A program made the translations under genes and the position numbers. The notes below the pieces were generated by a model. It was not told the DNA's origin and did no database searches. It saw only the letters and a program-made list of their open reading frames with translations. From positions 21,087 through 85,086 of the forward strand of contig JANOSY010000089.1 of NCBI GenBank assembly GCA_031416075.1: a stretch of 64,000 bases of DNA. The letters are read 5' to 3'. The DNA comes from Candidatus Tenderia sp. (GTDB lineage Bacteria > Pseudomonadota > Gammaproteobacteria > Tenderiales > Tenderiaceae). Shown one piece after another: positions 32,940 to 42,355 of the stretch. Position 1 is the stretch's first letter. Each line of letters begins with the position of its first letter.

Positions 32940-34802
32940 TTAATCTTGTTCGAGAGTCTGTCGTCTCTGTAGGGGGATTTTTAAACGTATGTGTGTCCCT
33001 TCTGCGCTTGATATTACTTCGAGCGTTCCTCCTAAATCGTTGGCTCGTCCAGTCATGGTTTTCATGCCCCGTCCAGAATAAGTCTCGATGTTGATTCCTA
33101 CTCCATCATCAATAATTTCAATAATGGCGATCTCATTGTCATTGTCTTTAGGACCGTTGTCGCGATATCCACGGATTGTCACAGTTTGTGCAGATGCATG
33201 TTTTATAATATTGGTGATGGCCTCCTGCATGATCCGCAATATTTGCAAAATCTGCTGTGGGTTAAAAATAAGATTGCACGGTAAGTCGTCTAAAGACCAG
33301 CGTAGCTCTATCTGTTGCGACTGTAGGCAAGCGTTGACACATGGTCGTAAAGAGATGAGTGCCGTGGAGAGGTCATTATGTGAAGGGTCCAGTGAATCGA
33401 GAATTAATCGCAGATCATTCAAGGTCGCACGTAGATGTTCTGCAAGCGCTTGATTTGTATATTGACCACTTTCAAGCATGGCCAATGCTGAGACCAGTTG
33501 CCCCCCCACGCCATCATGCATATCTCTTACCATGCGTTCACGTTCTGCTGAAAGTACCTGTGCCCGTTCCAGAGTTCGCAAACGTTCGTTTTGTTCGCCC
33601 AACTCAACCGTACGTAGCTGTGCATTAAAAGTCAGCCCCTCATTCAGTGTTTGTGAATCTTGTAGTGAGTGTATGTACTTGTTAATGAGTGTGATTGCAA
33701 CGACGATCTGTAGCATCGGGATGCTGAGATATAAAAAATGATAACTTTCAATATCCACCAACTCTACAGAGATGAACCACTCATAAAGGGCTAATAGAGT
33801 AGTGGTAGAGAGTGTGATTAACATTAACGCATTGATTGGTGTATGAGAACGGCGATAACGGTGCCAGACAAACCCGCTGCTATAGAGTGTCGCCATGACA
33901 AGTGCCAACTGGAATGGCCACAGTGGTAGGTTTGTGGAGATCTCTGATGGTAACGCGATGATAAACGTGGCACAAAGTATTGCCACAAAAAGCAGAGTAC
34001 GTTCCAGCAGGCGGTGCTGTACTTGGTAATAGCGGTGTATGAACAGTATCAAACAGAGCGAAAATCCGATCAAGCCAACCCATATTGCCCACCTCTCTTG
34101 CCATACGGCACCATTGATAAGATCAACCGTATACATCGTCCAGAACAGGGTGGCAGCGACGAGCCAGAGATAGTGATGTTGGTGGCGATTTTTTAGCCAC
34201 ACTATAATGAAACACAGGCTCGCTAGCAGTGTGGTGATCAGTACTGTAGTAGGTATGTTGATGCGCCAGAACATACGCTTCCCAAAGCGCTCTTTTAACA
34301 GAATTGCCGCACCTATATAAATACGGCTGGTAAAAACAGGTAGAGGCTGAATCGGATTTAGCTGGATATACAATCTATTTGAGCCAGCAAGCAACAGCCC
34401 TATGGGGATTTGTAGATAAAGTGGCCTGCTTGCCAGCGGTGAATATTGATTATCGTAACGAATGCCGTGTCCTAATAGCTGGCCATTGAGAAATACGGCA
34501 GCAGTGACCGCCACCTCAGGCAGATAGAGCCCCCACACAGAGTCTGGTGTTGTCTCAAGTTCAAATTCAACTCTATACCAGCCACCACTGTTTTTTTGAG
34601 GAGTCAATAGCCGGTCTGGCAAAGTGCGTTGTACTCCATTAAGTTCCTCTGCAGAAAGTGGTTTTTTGAAAGTTGTATATAGAAGATATGCTTTATCAAT
34701 GACGTAAACAGTGTCTGTTTCCGATGTGGCTTTCTCGGCGAAGATTAATAACCAAAAAATAGAGGAGGCAATCAACAGATGTTTGATTGTGTATGGCCAC
34801 AT
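32940..34802 (-). CDS. Multi-TM sensor histidine kinase (HisKA_3 type)
   Basis: ERERMVRDMHDGVG, QEAITNIIKHA, DDGVG; beta-rich periplasmic region and about 7 TM. Confidence 0.88.
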   Translation of the reverse strand: MWPYTIKHLLIASSIFWLLIFAEKATSETDTVYVIDKAYLLYTTFKKPLSAEELNGVQRTLPDRLLTPQKNSGGWYRVEFELETTPDSVWGLYLPEVAVTAAVFLNGQLLGHGIRYDNQYSPLASRPLYLQIPIGLLLAGSNRLYIQLNPIQPLPVFTSRIYIGAAILLKERFGKRMFWRINIPTTVLITTLLASLCFIIVWLKNRHQHHYLWLVAATLFWTMYTVDLINGAVWQERWAIWVGLIGFSLCLILFIHRYYQVQHRLLERTLLFVAILCATFIIALPSEISTNLPLWPFQLALVMATLYSSGFVWHRYRRSHTPINALMLITLSTTTLLALYEWFISVELVDIESYHFLYLSIPMLQIVVAITLINKYIHSLQDSQTLNEGLTFNAQLRTVELGEQNERLRTLERAQVLSAERERMVRDMHDGVGGQLVSALAMLESGQYTNQALAEHLRATLNDLRLILDSLDPSHNDLSTALISLRPCVNACLQSQQIELRWSLDDLPCNLIFNPQQILQILRIMQEAITNIIKHASAQTVTIRGYRDNGPKDNDNEIAIIEIIDDGVGINIETYSGRGMKTMTGRANDLGGTLEVISSAEGTHIRLKIPLQRRQTLEQD

Positions 34803-35256
34803 TATTGCGGATTTAGATTTTGTCTAAACAAAACTATTGAAAATCAAGGGGAGGAAATATCGGGTAGGTTAGGAATCTCTCCACCATAAAAAAACATTGA
34901 TTAAGTATTTTCAAATGGCCATCATTTTTTTGTCCTATAGAGTTGCCGTCGATATTTAGCACAATAGCCTCATGTGATCGTCCTTTATATAGATACTAGT
35001 CTGTTTACATAGCCGATGTACATACTGTTTAGTAGCTCATTTTTATATTGTCAATTTTTATTATTGTTACTTAGTCTATTAATTGGAGTTGTCGACGGAT
35101 TAGCAGCTTAATAAGCGTTCAGTAATATTAAAAATCCCTTGTTTAGGGGATGCGCTAACGTTTGCATGTTGCCATAGTCGTTTACGCCACAGGCATGGGG
35201 CACGCTGGCTGAAAAACAGATATGTATATATCTCGATAACAGAGGATTGGGGCAAT

Positions 35257-36702
35257 ATGTTTTCGAGTCCAATGACATTATCAACATTTGTTACGGTATT
35301 GGTTTTTGGCAGTCTAAATAGCACGTTATCTTTTGCCCAGCCAAAAGGGTTGGTGCCGGTGGGTGATATTGTGATGCCCAATGTATTGCCCAATAATCGC
35401 GCCTACCTGGTCAATCCCAATAGCCAGCAAAATTTCTATTTTGGTAAATGGGAGATTGGTGTTGATGGCAGACCGGTTGGCCAAGCTTTACCCAGCGGAT
35501 TAACGGGCAGCAACGCACTTCAGGATGTTGGTTTTTATCAGCGCAACATAGAAGATCCCACCACAGGGGAACGTTACATACAACAGATTGTGACGGATGC
35601 CGCTATTGCTGGCGATACTTTTAGCAAGGTTGGTATGTTCTCTGAAAGCTACGTTAAAACAAATGGTCAAAATGGCGGGGTCTCTGTTCTTCAAGGGATG
35701 AATTGTGGTCTACATAATGGAAAATGTCTGGCACCGGATGAAGGTACTTACATGAATGGACAGACGGCCACCTCCATTGAGTTTTTAAATAAGATTCGCA
35801 CAGGATCGTTTGAGGATCCTCAAGAGAAGGTACGGCTAAAGCAGTTGATCTACGAAACAGATGATCCCAGCAAGTGGGCAGATGCCACACGAAATACTAC
35901 TGGCACTACTTTTTACAGTGACATATGGCGAGCTTCTTACGAGTATCAAGGGGTGCAGCTGGGTGACTTTGTTAATACAGTAACAAAATCATTAGATATT
36001 GACCCGCTCTACAGCTATGCAACATTAACGGCAGAGATGCGTTTTGATTACGACGCACGTGATCTTGAAGTCGCGCAGCGGGAGGGGATCACCGTAGGTG
36101 TAGATCCACAGGAGAATGTTGATATCTACCTGCTATCAGAGGCAGATAAACTTCGGAACAACTTTAGCAGCAGTTTTAGCAGTGGCCAGAAGGGGCTAAT
36201 AGAGGCCCGCGACTACATTAAAAACTATATTCAATACAGGGCCATTGCTCAGGAGGGGTGGCATGCCCCCGATGCCGGGTTGGTCAGGTATGAGATGTTC
36301 CAGGCTGAAATGGTCGGCGCACTGGTTAAGGCCGGCAATATTGAATACCAGAAAAAATACAAAGATATTGTAATTGATGCCAGTTGGATCGATGGAGCAA
36401 AAATCAATGCTTATGGCACCAATCAAGACATGGGGTTCCAGCAACAGGGGCATGAACAGGTAACACCGGATAGATGTGAGAATGATAAAACATTTAAATT
36501 AGAGGCCGATCGTGTAATGTGCGGCTCTGTAGTCCGTTATGAGTTTGCTACTACTGATGTTTACAAGCTTATTAACGAACCGCGTAATTATGGTGCAGGG
36601 GTAGGTGACCAATTTAAAATTGAAAATAATATTGACTATGTTGACCCATTCAATCCTTTTTCAACAGTGCCTCATCTGCCAGACCCAGCTACAGTCAGAT
36701 AG
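35257..36702 (+). CDS. Hypothetical exported protein
   Basis: 481-aa ORF with a signal-peptide-like N-terminus (..SFA|Q); no recognised motif. Confidence 0.6.
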   Translation: MFSSPMTLSTFVTVLVFGSLNSTLSFAQPKGLVPVGDIVMPNVLPNNRAYLVNPNSQQNFYFGKWEIGVDGRPVGQALPSGLTGSNALQDVGFYQRNIEDPTTGERYIQQIVTDAAIAGDTFSKVGMFSESYVKTNGQNGGVSVLQGMNCGLHNGKCLAPDEGTYMNGQTATSIEFLNKIRTGSFEDPQEKVRLKQLIYETDDPSKWADATRNTTGTTFYSDIWRASYEYQGVQLGDFVNTVTKSLDIDPLYSYATLTAEMRFDYDARDLEVAQREGITVGVDPQENVDIYLLSEADKLRNNFSSSFSSGQKGLIEARDYIKNYIQYRAIAQEGWHAPDAGLVRYEMFQAEMVGALVKAGNIEYQKKYKDIVIDASWIDGAKINAYGTNQDMGFQQQGHEQVTPDRCENDKTFKLEADRVMCGSVVRYEFATTDVYKLINEPRNYGAGVGDQFKIENNIDYVDPFNPFSTVPHLPDPATVR

Positions 36703-36849
36703 TATGGGTAATTAATAGTTGAAGAAGATTGTGTGGAGCAGCTGCTGTTTTTTCGGTCTCTGTTTTTGTATCTGTTCCAAGATTGTGAGCTCTGCCTAGG
36801 TATTGTTGTTTGATGGTGATATAACGGAAAAATTGATCAAAGCACCCTT

Positions 36850-36885
36850 AAAAAGGAGCCCCATAATAAGTGGGCTCATTTTTTA
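36850..36885. terminator. Probable intrinsic terminator
   Basis: AAAAA-GGAGCCC..GGGCTC-ATTTTTT. Confidence 0.55.
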
Positions 36886-37234
36886 TTTACGTTGATACTA
36901 CGATCTATTTAATGTTGTTGTCTATTTTGTGGATATAAACGTCGCGCTGAGGGAAAGGGATGCAGCCGCCGACCTCCAGCCCCTCTTTGCAGCGTTGAAT
37001 GATTCACTTGTTGAGTCCGATACCGGTTAAACGTACTGAACGCCAGCGCTGGAAAGGGGCTATCTGCTTTTCCTGGAAGAGTCTGTGGTCCTGGCAGCAG
37101 ATTCGTCAACGCTTTGATCTGTGCTCGTCCAATAGTGTGTTACGGCGGCCGTGAGTCGGCGGGGCAAAATATTAAGCATTGCCTCTATACTAAACGGTCG
37201 CGACTGTTGGGTGGTAGCGAACTATTATAGTGGT

Positions 37235-37513
37235 TCAGTGTGAAGGGCTGAGCGCTTTATTTGTCTGTTGTGCTGTGATAATGAGTTGCTGTTTTTCATT
37301 GCGACTCAATTTTTTAATGGCAGCTTCACGCCTGCTGGCGCTGCTGCGATCGTGGCCATTTTCAATATAAACCACGGACGCTGGCTGGCGGCCACGAAAA
37401 TATTTTGCCCCACGTTGTGTGGTGTGTTGTTTAATACGTCGTTCGAGATTGTTGGTAATGCCGGTGTAGAGTGTGTTGTCGCTGCAGTGGATGATGTAGA
37501 CAAGCCAGTTCAT
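37235..37513 (-). CDS. GIY-YIG nuclease family protein (YhbQ-like)
   Basis: WLVYIIHCSDNTLYTGIT, GAKYFRGR, REAAIKKL. Confidence 0.88.
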   Translation of the reverse strand: MNWLVYIIHCSDNTLYTGITNNLERRIKQHTTQRGAKYFRGRQPASVVYIENGHDRSSASRREAAIKKLSRNEKQQLIITAQQTNKALSPSH

Positions 37514-38250
37514 CGCCCTGATCCCCAGCCAAAGTGGTTAATAATCTGCTGATAGCTGGCATCGAGCGGCGCTTGAATCAACAGTTGCTGGCTTGTAATG
37601 GGATGGACAATCTCCAGCTCTGTGGCGGCAAGCAGGAGCCGGTGACAGTTAAATTGCTGCCGAAAAAAATCGTTCTGTTTGCCATCGCCATGGCTGGTAT
37701 CACCAACGATGGGGTGAAAGATATGTTTCATGTGGCGACGTAGCTGATGTTTACGCCCCGTACGTGGCGTGAGCCGCAGCAGTGAGTAGCGTGCGGTATC
37801 GTAACGCCCCACAGCATAGGGAAGCTCGACGGTAGCAAGACGGTGATACTCAGTAACCGCCGATTGTGCCGGTTTGTTCTGTTCTGCTTTGCCGTCACTC
37901 ATCTTGTCCAGCTCTTCTTTTAGTGGATAGTCGATCACCGCCGCCTCTTCACTGTAGCCACGGACCACGGCGAGATAACGTTTGTGTACGGTGTGGTTGA
38001 TGAACTGTTCCATCATGCGACGTGCAATGTCAGGGCTGAGTGCAAACAGCAATACCCCGGCCGTGGGTTTATCAAGCCGGTGCAGCGGGTAGACGTGTCG
38101 GCCAATCTGGTTGCGTACTAGCTGAATGGCAAAGCGGGTTTCATGGCGATCTATATTACTTCGGTGTACCAATAGACCGGCGGGTTTGTTGACAGCGACT
38201 AGCGCTTCATCCTGATAGAGGATGGGCAGGTTATCGTCGGCCAGGCTCAT
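37510..38250 (-). CDS. truC: tRNA pseudouridine(65) synthase TruC
   Basis: [41 protein letters not shown]. Confidence 0.9.
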   Translation of the reverse strand: MSLADDNLPILYQDEALVAVNKPAGLLVHRSNIDRHETRFAIQLVRNQIGRHVYPLHRLDKPTAGVLLFALSPDIARRMMEQFINHTVHKRYLAVVRGYSEEAAVIDYPLKEELDKMSDGKAEQNKPAQSAVTEYHRLATVELPYAVGRYDTARYSLLRLTPRTGRKHQLRRHMKHIFHPIVGDTSHGDGKQNDFFRQQFNCHRLLLAATELEIVHPITSQQLLIQAPLDASYQQIINHFGWGSGR

Positions 38251-38933
38251 GGTGTCTTCTGGTTAATGTTGTTGAGCTGTTGTTTGAGTTGGTTGACCTC
38301 GTCAAACAGCTCCATCACCCACTGCTCCAGCTGGGCGATGCGGGCATCGTCTTCATTTATTTCGCTTCTGATGTTAACGTCGGTGCTGCGGGTGGTTGCC
38401 TCCACCTCACCACAAAAGAGGTGGGCATAGCGTGATTCACGTTTGCCCGGTTCGCGTGGCAGTCGTGTGACGTAAGGGCCATCGTCACGGTCCATCATAT
38501 GTTGTAATGCCGCTTCAACCGCATTGACCTCTTTAAACTGGCAGAGGCGCTGGCTACGGGTGCGGATTTCACCGGAGGTTTGTGGGCCGCGCAGGAGCAG
38601 GATGCAGGTGATGCCCAGCTCTTGTGCTGAAAAGTGGCGGCCGCCAAATTCGCTGTTGAAAAAGCGGTGCTGATATTTGACCACACGGCTGCCAAAGCCC
38701 GATTTTTCACTGACCAGATGTTTTTTCACCAAACCGTCCAGTGTCTCCTGTACCGTGACCTCATCCAGATCAAGCACCGGTTCGCGGTTGCTCTTTTGGT
38801 TGCAGGCGTTGGTGAGGGCGTTGAGCGAGAGTGGATATTGCTCGGGTGTAGTCGCCTCCTTTTCAATCAGGCAGCCAATCACACGTGCTTCATGGGGGGT
38901 GAGTAGAGTATCCACAACAGTATCCTTTAACAT
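38247..38933 (-). CDS. YceH / DUF480 family protein
   Basis: [42 protein letters not shown]. Confidence 0.9.
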   Translation of the reverse strand: MLKDTVVDTLLTPHEARVIGCLIEKEATTPEQYPLSLNALTNACNQKSNREPVLDLDEVTVQETLDGLVKKHLVSEKSGFGSRVVKYQHRFFNSEFGGRHFSAQELGITCILLLRGPQTSGEIRTRSQRLCQFKEVNAVEAALQHMMDRDDGPYVTRLPREPGKRESRYAHLFCGEVEATTRSTDVNIRSEINEDDARIAQLEQWVMELFDEVNQLKQQLNNINQKTP

Positions 38934-39083
38934 CGGTTGAGTGGGGAACTTATCCTACACCAAAGCTTTAGTACAAATAACGCTTAGGGTGATACATTAA
39001 GCCTATCGCCAGTGATGGGAGGTCGATATAGTCTGCGCCCCATTTTACATAACATCTATTTACACAACATAAGGAACCTTGCC

Positions 39084-39494
39084 ATGGAACTGTTTCGCCG
39101 GATTACCAAGCCTGTCAGTCTGGTCGTTACTGCGGGAATGCTCGCTCTGAGCCTGCAGATGCCGATGGCCAACGCCGCCATGGTCAGTACTGCTGAGGTG
39201 GTGCAGTCACTTCAGACACAGCAGGATATCAGCCGTATTCATGAAGCGCTTAATCGTGATGAGGTTAAGAGCCAGCTGAGCCAGATGGGTGTAGATCCGG
39301 CGCTGGTGCAGGCGCGTGTTGATGCGCTGAGCGACAGTGAGGCCCAGCAGTTGGCCCAGCAGCTCGACCAGATGCCAGCGGGCAGTGGTGTTGTGGGGGC
39401 GTTGCTGTTTATCTTTATCGTGCTGCTGGTTACCGACCTGCTGGGGCTGACCAGCGTCTTCCCCTTCACTAAAAAGGGTTCGATGCACCCCTAA
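39084..39494 (+). CDS. PA2779-family exported protein
   Basis: AAMVST, RVDALSDSE, PAG..GALLFIFIVLLVTDLLG. Confidence 0.8.
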   Translation: MELFRRITKPVSLVVTAGMLALSLQMPMANAAMVSTAEVVQSLQTQQDISRIHEALNRDEVKSQLSQMGVDPALVQARVDALSDSEAQQLAQQLDQMPAGSGVVGALLFIFIVLLVTDLLGLTSVFPFTKKGSMHP

Positions 39495-39500
39495 AGCGGC

Positions 39501-40469
39501 GTGACTGTTGGTCTGATGGTGATTGATAAAAGTGCCCGACAGCGTTCGGGTATTTTTTCGTTGCTGCTGTTTATGGTGTTGCTGACGGGGTGCGCAACCC
39601 CGCAGACGCGCCAGTTGTTGAACTCCACGTCCCCGCTGCCACGATCCGTGGAGCTGACCGAGGTGCCATTTTTTCCTCAAGAGGAGTATCAGTGCGGGCC
39701 AGCGGCGTTGGCCACGGTGCTGACCGAGAGCGGTGTAGCGATCACCCCTGACGAACTGGTGCCACAAGTCTATCTGCCTAAACGTAAAGGTTCGCTACAA
39801 TTTGAGCTGTTGGCATCAAGCCGTCGTCATGGTCGTATCCCCTACCTCCTGCAACCAGAGCTGACGGCGCTTATGACAGAGGTGGCGGCAGGAAACCCGG
39901 TGCTGGTACTGCAAACCCTGGGTTTATCTATCTTCCCCTTTTGGCACTACGCAGTGGTGGTGGGGTTTGATCTGGACCAGGGTCACGTTATTTTGCGCTC
40001 TGGTGCTGACGCACGTCGTATCACCCCCTTAAATACCTTTGAACATACCTGGCGTCGGGGTGGTTACTGGGGAGTGGTGGTATCAGCGCCAAACAGATTG
40101 CCACAGACGGCGGCGGAGTTGCCTTATCTGGAGGCGTTATTGGTGATGGAGAGGCTGCAAAAATGGCCCGAGGTTGCAGTCGCCTATGAACAGGCGCTGG
40201 AGCGCTGGCCGCAGAGTTTAGGTGTGGCGATGGGGCTGGGCAACAGCCTGTATGCCCTTCATGACCTGAGTGGGGCCGAAGCGGCATTTCGTATGGCCAC
40301 CTTGCGCCACCCAGAGGCGGCAGTGGCGTTTAATAATCTAGCCCAGGCCCTGGCTGAACAGCAGCGCTGGCAAGAGGCGGAGGCTGCGGCAGAGCGTGCC
40401 GTTGCACTGGGGGGGAGTCATAGTGCCCTGTTTAGCCAGACATTGACGCAGATTCAACAGCGACCGTAA
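39501..40469 (+). CDS. PA2778-family C39-like cysteine peptidase lipoprotein with TPR
   Basis: LTGC lipobox, VPFFPQEEYQCGPAALA, WHYAVVVG, FNNLA. Confidence 0.85.
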   Translation: MTVGLMVIDKSARQRSGIFSLLLFMVLLTGCATPQTRQLLNSTSPLPRSVELTEVPFFPQEEYQCGPAALATVLTESGVAITPDELVPQVYLPKRKGSLQFELLASSRRHGRIPYLLQPELTALMTEVAAGNPVLVLQTLGLSIFPFWHYAVVVGFDLDQGHVILRSGADARRITPLNTFEHTWRRGGYWGVVVSAPNRLPQTAAELPYLEALLVMERLQKWPEVAVAYEQALERWPQSLGVAMGLGNSLYALHDLSGAEAAFRMATLRHPEAAVAFNNLAQALAEQQRWQEAEAAAERAVALGGSHSALFSQTLTQIQQRP

Positions 40470-40643
40470 TATCGAACATGGCACAATAATAAAGTCCCTC
40501 AATATGTTAGCGGTTTAGCTTGTGGTTGAACTGACGATATAGTCTAGTAGATCCTAGGGCAGCTTAGCCACCGCAGAGGGGCTGGTTGTTAGTGGGAACA
40601 GCCATTAAACGGGGATCGCCCCAGTTAACAGAGCATATACAAG

Positions 40644-42266
40644 ATGACTCCAGCACCTATTAAGGCCGGGGAAGATGAACGACTGGCTGCTCTGCGTCGA
40701 TATGAAGTGCTTGATACTGCGGCGGAAGCTGAATTTGATGACGTTACACGTCTGGCTGCACAGCTGTGTGGCACGCCCATAGCCCTTATCTCACTAGTGG
40801 ATGCCGATCGGCAGTGGTTTAAAAGCCGGGTAGGACTGGATGCGCCGGAGACACCCCGTGACATCTCTTTTTGCGGCCATGCGATTTATGAGGATGAGCT
40901 GTTTGAGATCTCGAATGCGCTGAATGACCCCCGATTTCAGGACAACCCACTGGTCAGTGGCCAGCCCGGCATCCGTTTTTATGCCGGCGCACCACTGATC
41001 ACTCCCGACGGTCACGGAATCGGCACCCTCTGTGTTATCGATATGATCCCCCATACCCTGGATGAACAGCAGCGGGATATATTGGCAACGTTGGGCCGGC
41101 AGGTGGTGCGGCAACTGGAGCTGCGCAGCGCCTTGAAACGTGAGCAGCAGCTGAACGATGAACTCACACGGTTATCAATTTTTCAGAAGACGCTGTTTGA
41201 CAGCGCCGCCATTGCCATCATCTCGACAACCGTCAAAGGGGTGGTGACCAGCTTTAATCCAGCCGCTGAGCGGCTATTGGGATATACATCCGCTGAGCTG
41301 GTGGGCAAACAGACCCCTGGTCTTTTTCATGATGGCGCAGAGGTGGTGGCACGTGCGGCAGAGCTGAGCCAGACGCTGCAGCGCAAGGTTGAACCAGGGT
41401 TTGAGGTGTTTGTTACCAATGTGCTTACCGAGGGTTCAGAAACCCGCGAATGGACCTACTGTGCTAAAAACGGTGCGCGGATCCCCGTCATCCTCACGGT
41501 ATCGGCGGTACGTGATGCTAATGGTGCGCTGGTGGGGTATGTGGGCATGGCTCGCGACATCAGCGCACAGAAACATGCAGAGCGGGTTAAAAGCGAATTT
41601 GTCTCTACCGTCAGCCATGAGCTGCGAACCCCACTCACTTCAATCAGCGGTGCGCTGGGGTTGATTACAGGCGGTGCGGTGGGTGAGGTCTCTGACAAGG
41701 TCAAAGAGCTGCTTGATATCGCCTACAAAAACAGCAAAGGCCTGACGGCGCTTATCAATGACTTGCTTGATATAGACAAACTTGCGGCAGGCAAACTCCG
41801 TTTTGATATGGAGCACCAGCCGTTATTGCCACTACTGGAGCAGGCACTGGTGCAAAACAGCGCCTATGGTGATCAGTATCAGGTCCGTTTTGAGCTGAGT
41901 GAGTGCAGTGGTGAACTTAATGTAAACGTGGATAGCGACAGGTTGCAGCAGGTATTGGCAAATCTGCTCTCTAATGCGGCCAAGTTTTCACCGCCCGGCG
42001 GTGTTGTGAACATTGCGGTGAGGGTGGATGAGATACGGGTGCGGGTGACGGTTACAGATCAGGGTAAGGGGATTCCGGCGGAATTTCGTGAACGTATCTT
42101 CCAGAAGTTCTCCCAGGCGGACTCTTCCGATTCACGTCAACTGGGGGGGACAGGGCTGGGGCTGGCCATTAGTAAAGAGTTGATTGAACAGATGCACGGT
42201 ACCATTGGGTTTGAATCGGAGGAGGGAAAGGGTGCTAGCTTCTATTTTGAGCTGTTTCATGGGTAA
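40644..42266 (+). CDS. Cytoplasmic GAF-PAS histidine kinase
   Basis: IRFYAGAPL, FNPAAE, VSHELRTPL, GGTGLGL. Confidence 0.92.
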   Translation: MTPAPIKAGEDERLAALRRYEVLDTAAEAEFDDVTRLAAQLCGTPIALISLVDADRQWFKSRVGLDAPETPRDISFCGHAIYEDELFEISNALNDPRFQDNPLVSGQPGIRFYAGAPLITPDGHGIGTLCVIDMIPHTLDEQQRDILATLGRQVVRQLELRSALKREQQLNDELTRLSIFQKTLFDSAAIAIISTTVKGVVTSFNPAAERLLGYTSAELVGKQTPGLFHDGAEVVARAAELSQTLQRKVEPGFEVFVTNVLTEGSETREWTYCAKNGARIPVILTVSAVRDANGALVGYVGMARDISAQKHAERVKSEFVSTVSHELRTPLTSISGALGLITGGAVGEVSDKVKELLDIAYKNSKGLTALINDLLDIDKLAAGKLRFDMEHQPLLPLLEQALVQNSAYGDQYQVRFELSECSGELNVNVDSDRLQQVLANLLSNAAKFSPPGGVVNIAVRVDEIRVRVTVTDQGKGIPAEFRERIFQKFSQADSSDSRQLGGTGLGLAISKELIEQMHGTIGFESEEGKGASFYFELFHG

Positions 42267-42355
42267 ACAGTGGGTCGATTGCGGGCCATTCCGGTAATCC
42301 GTCAAGATTTTTCGGGCTAAATCCACTACCATATGCCCCCCTCGCCAGTAGCAGT

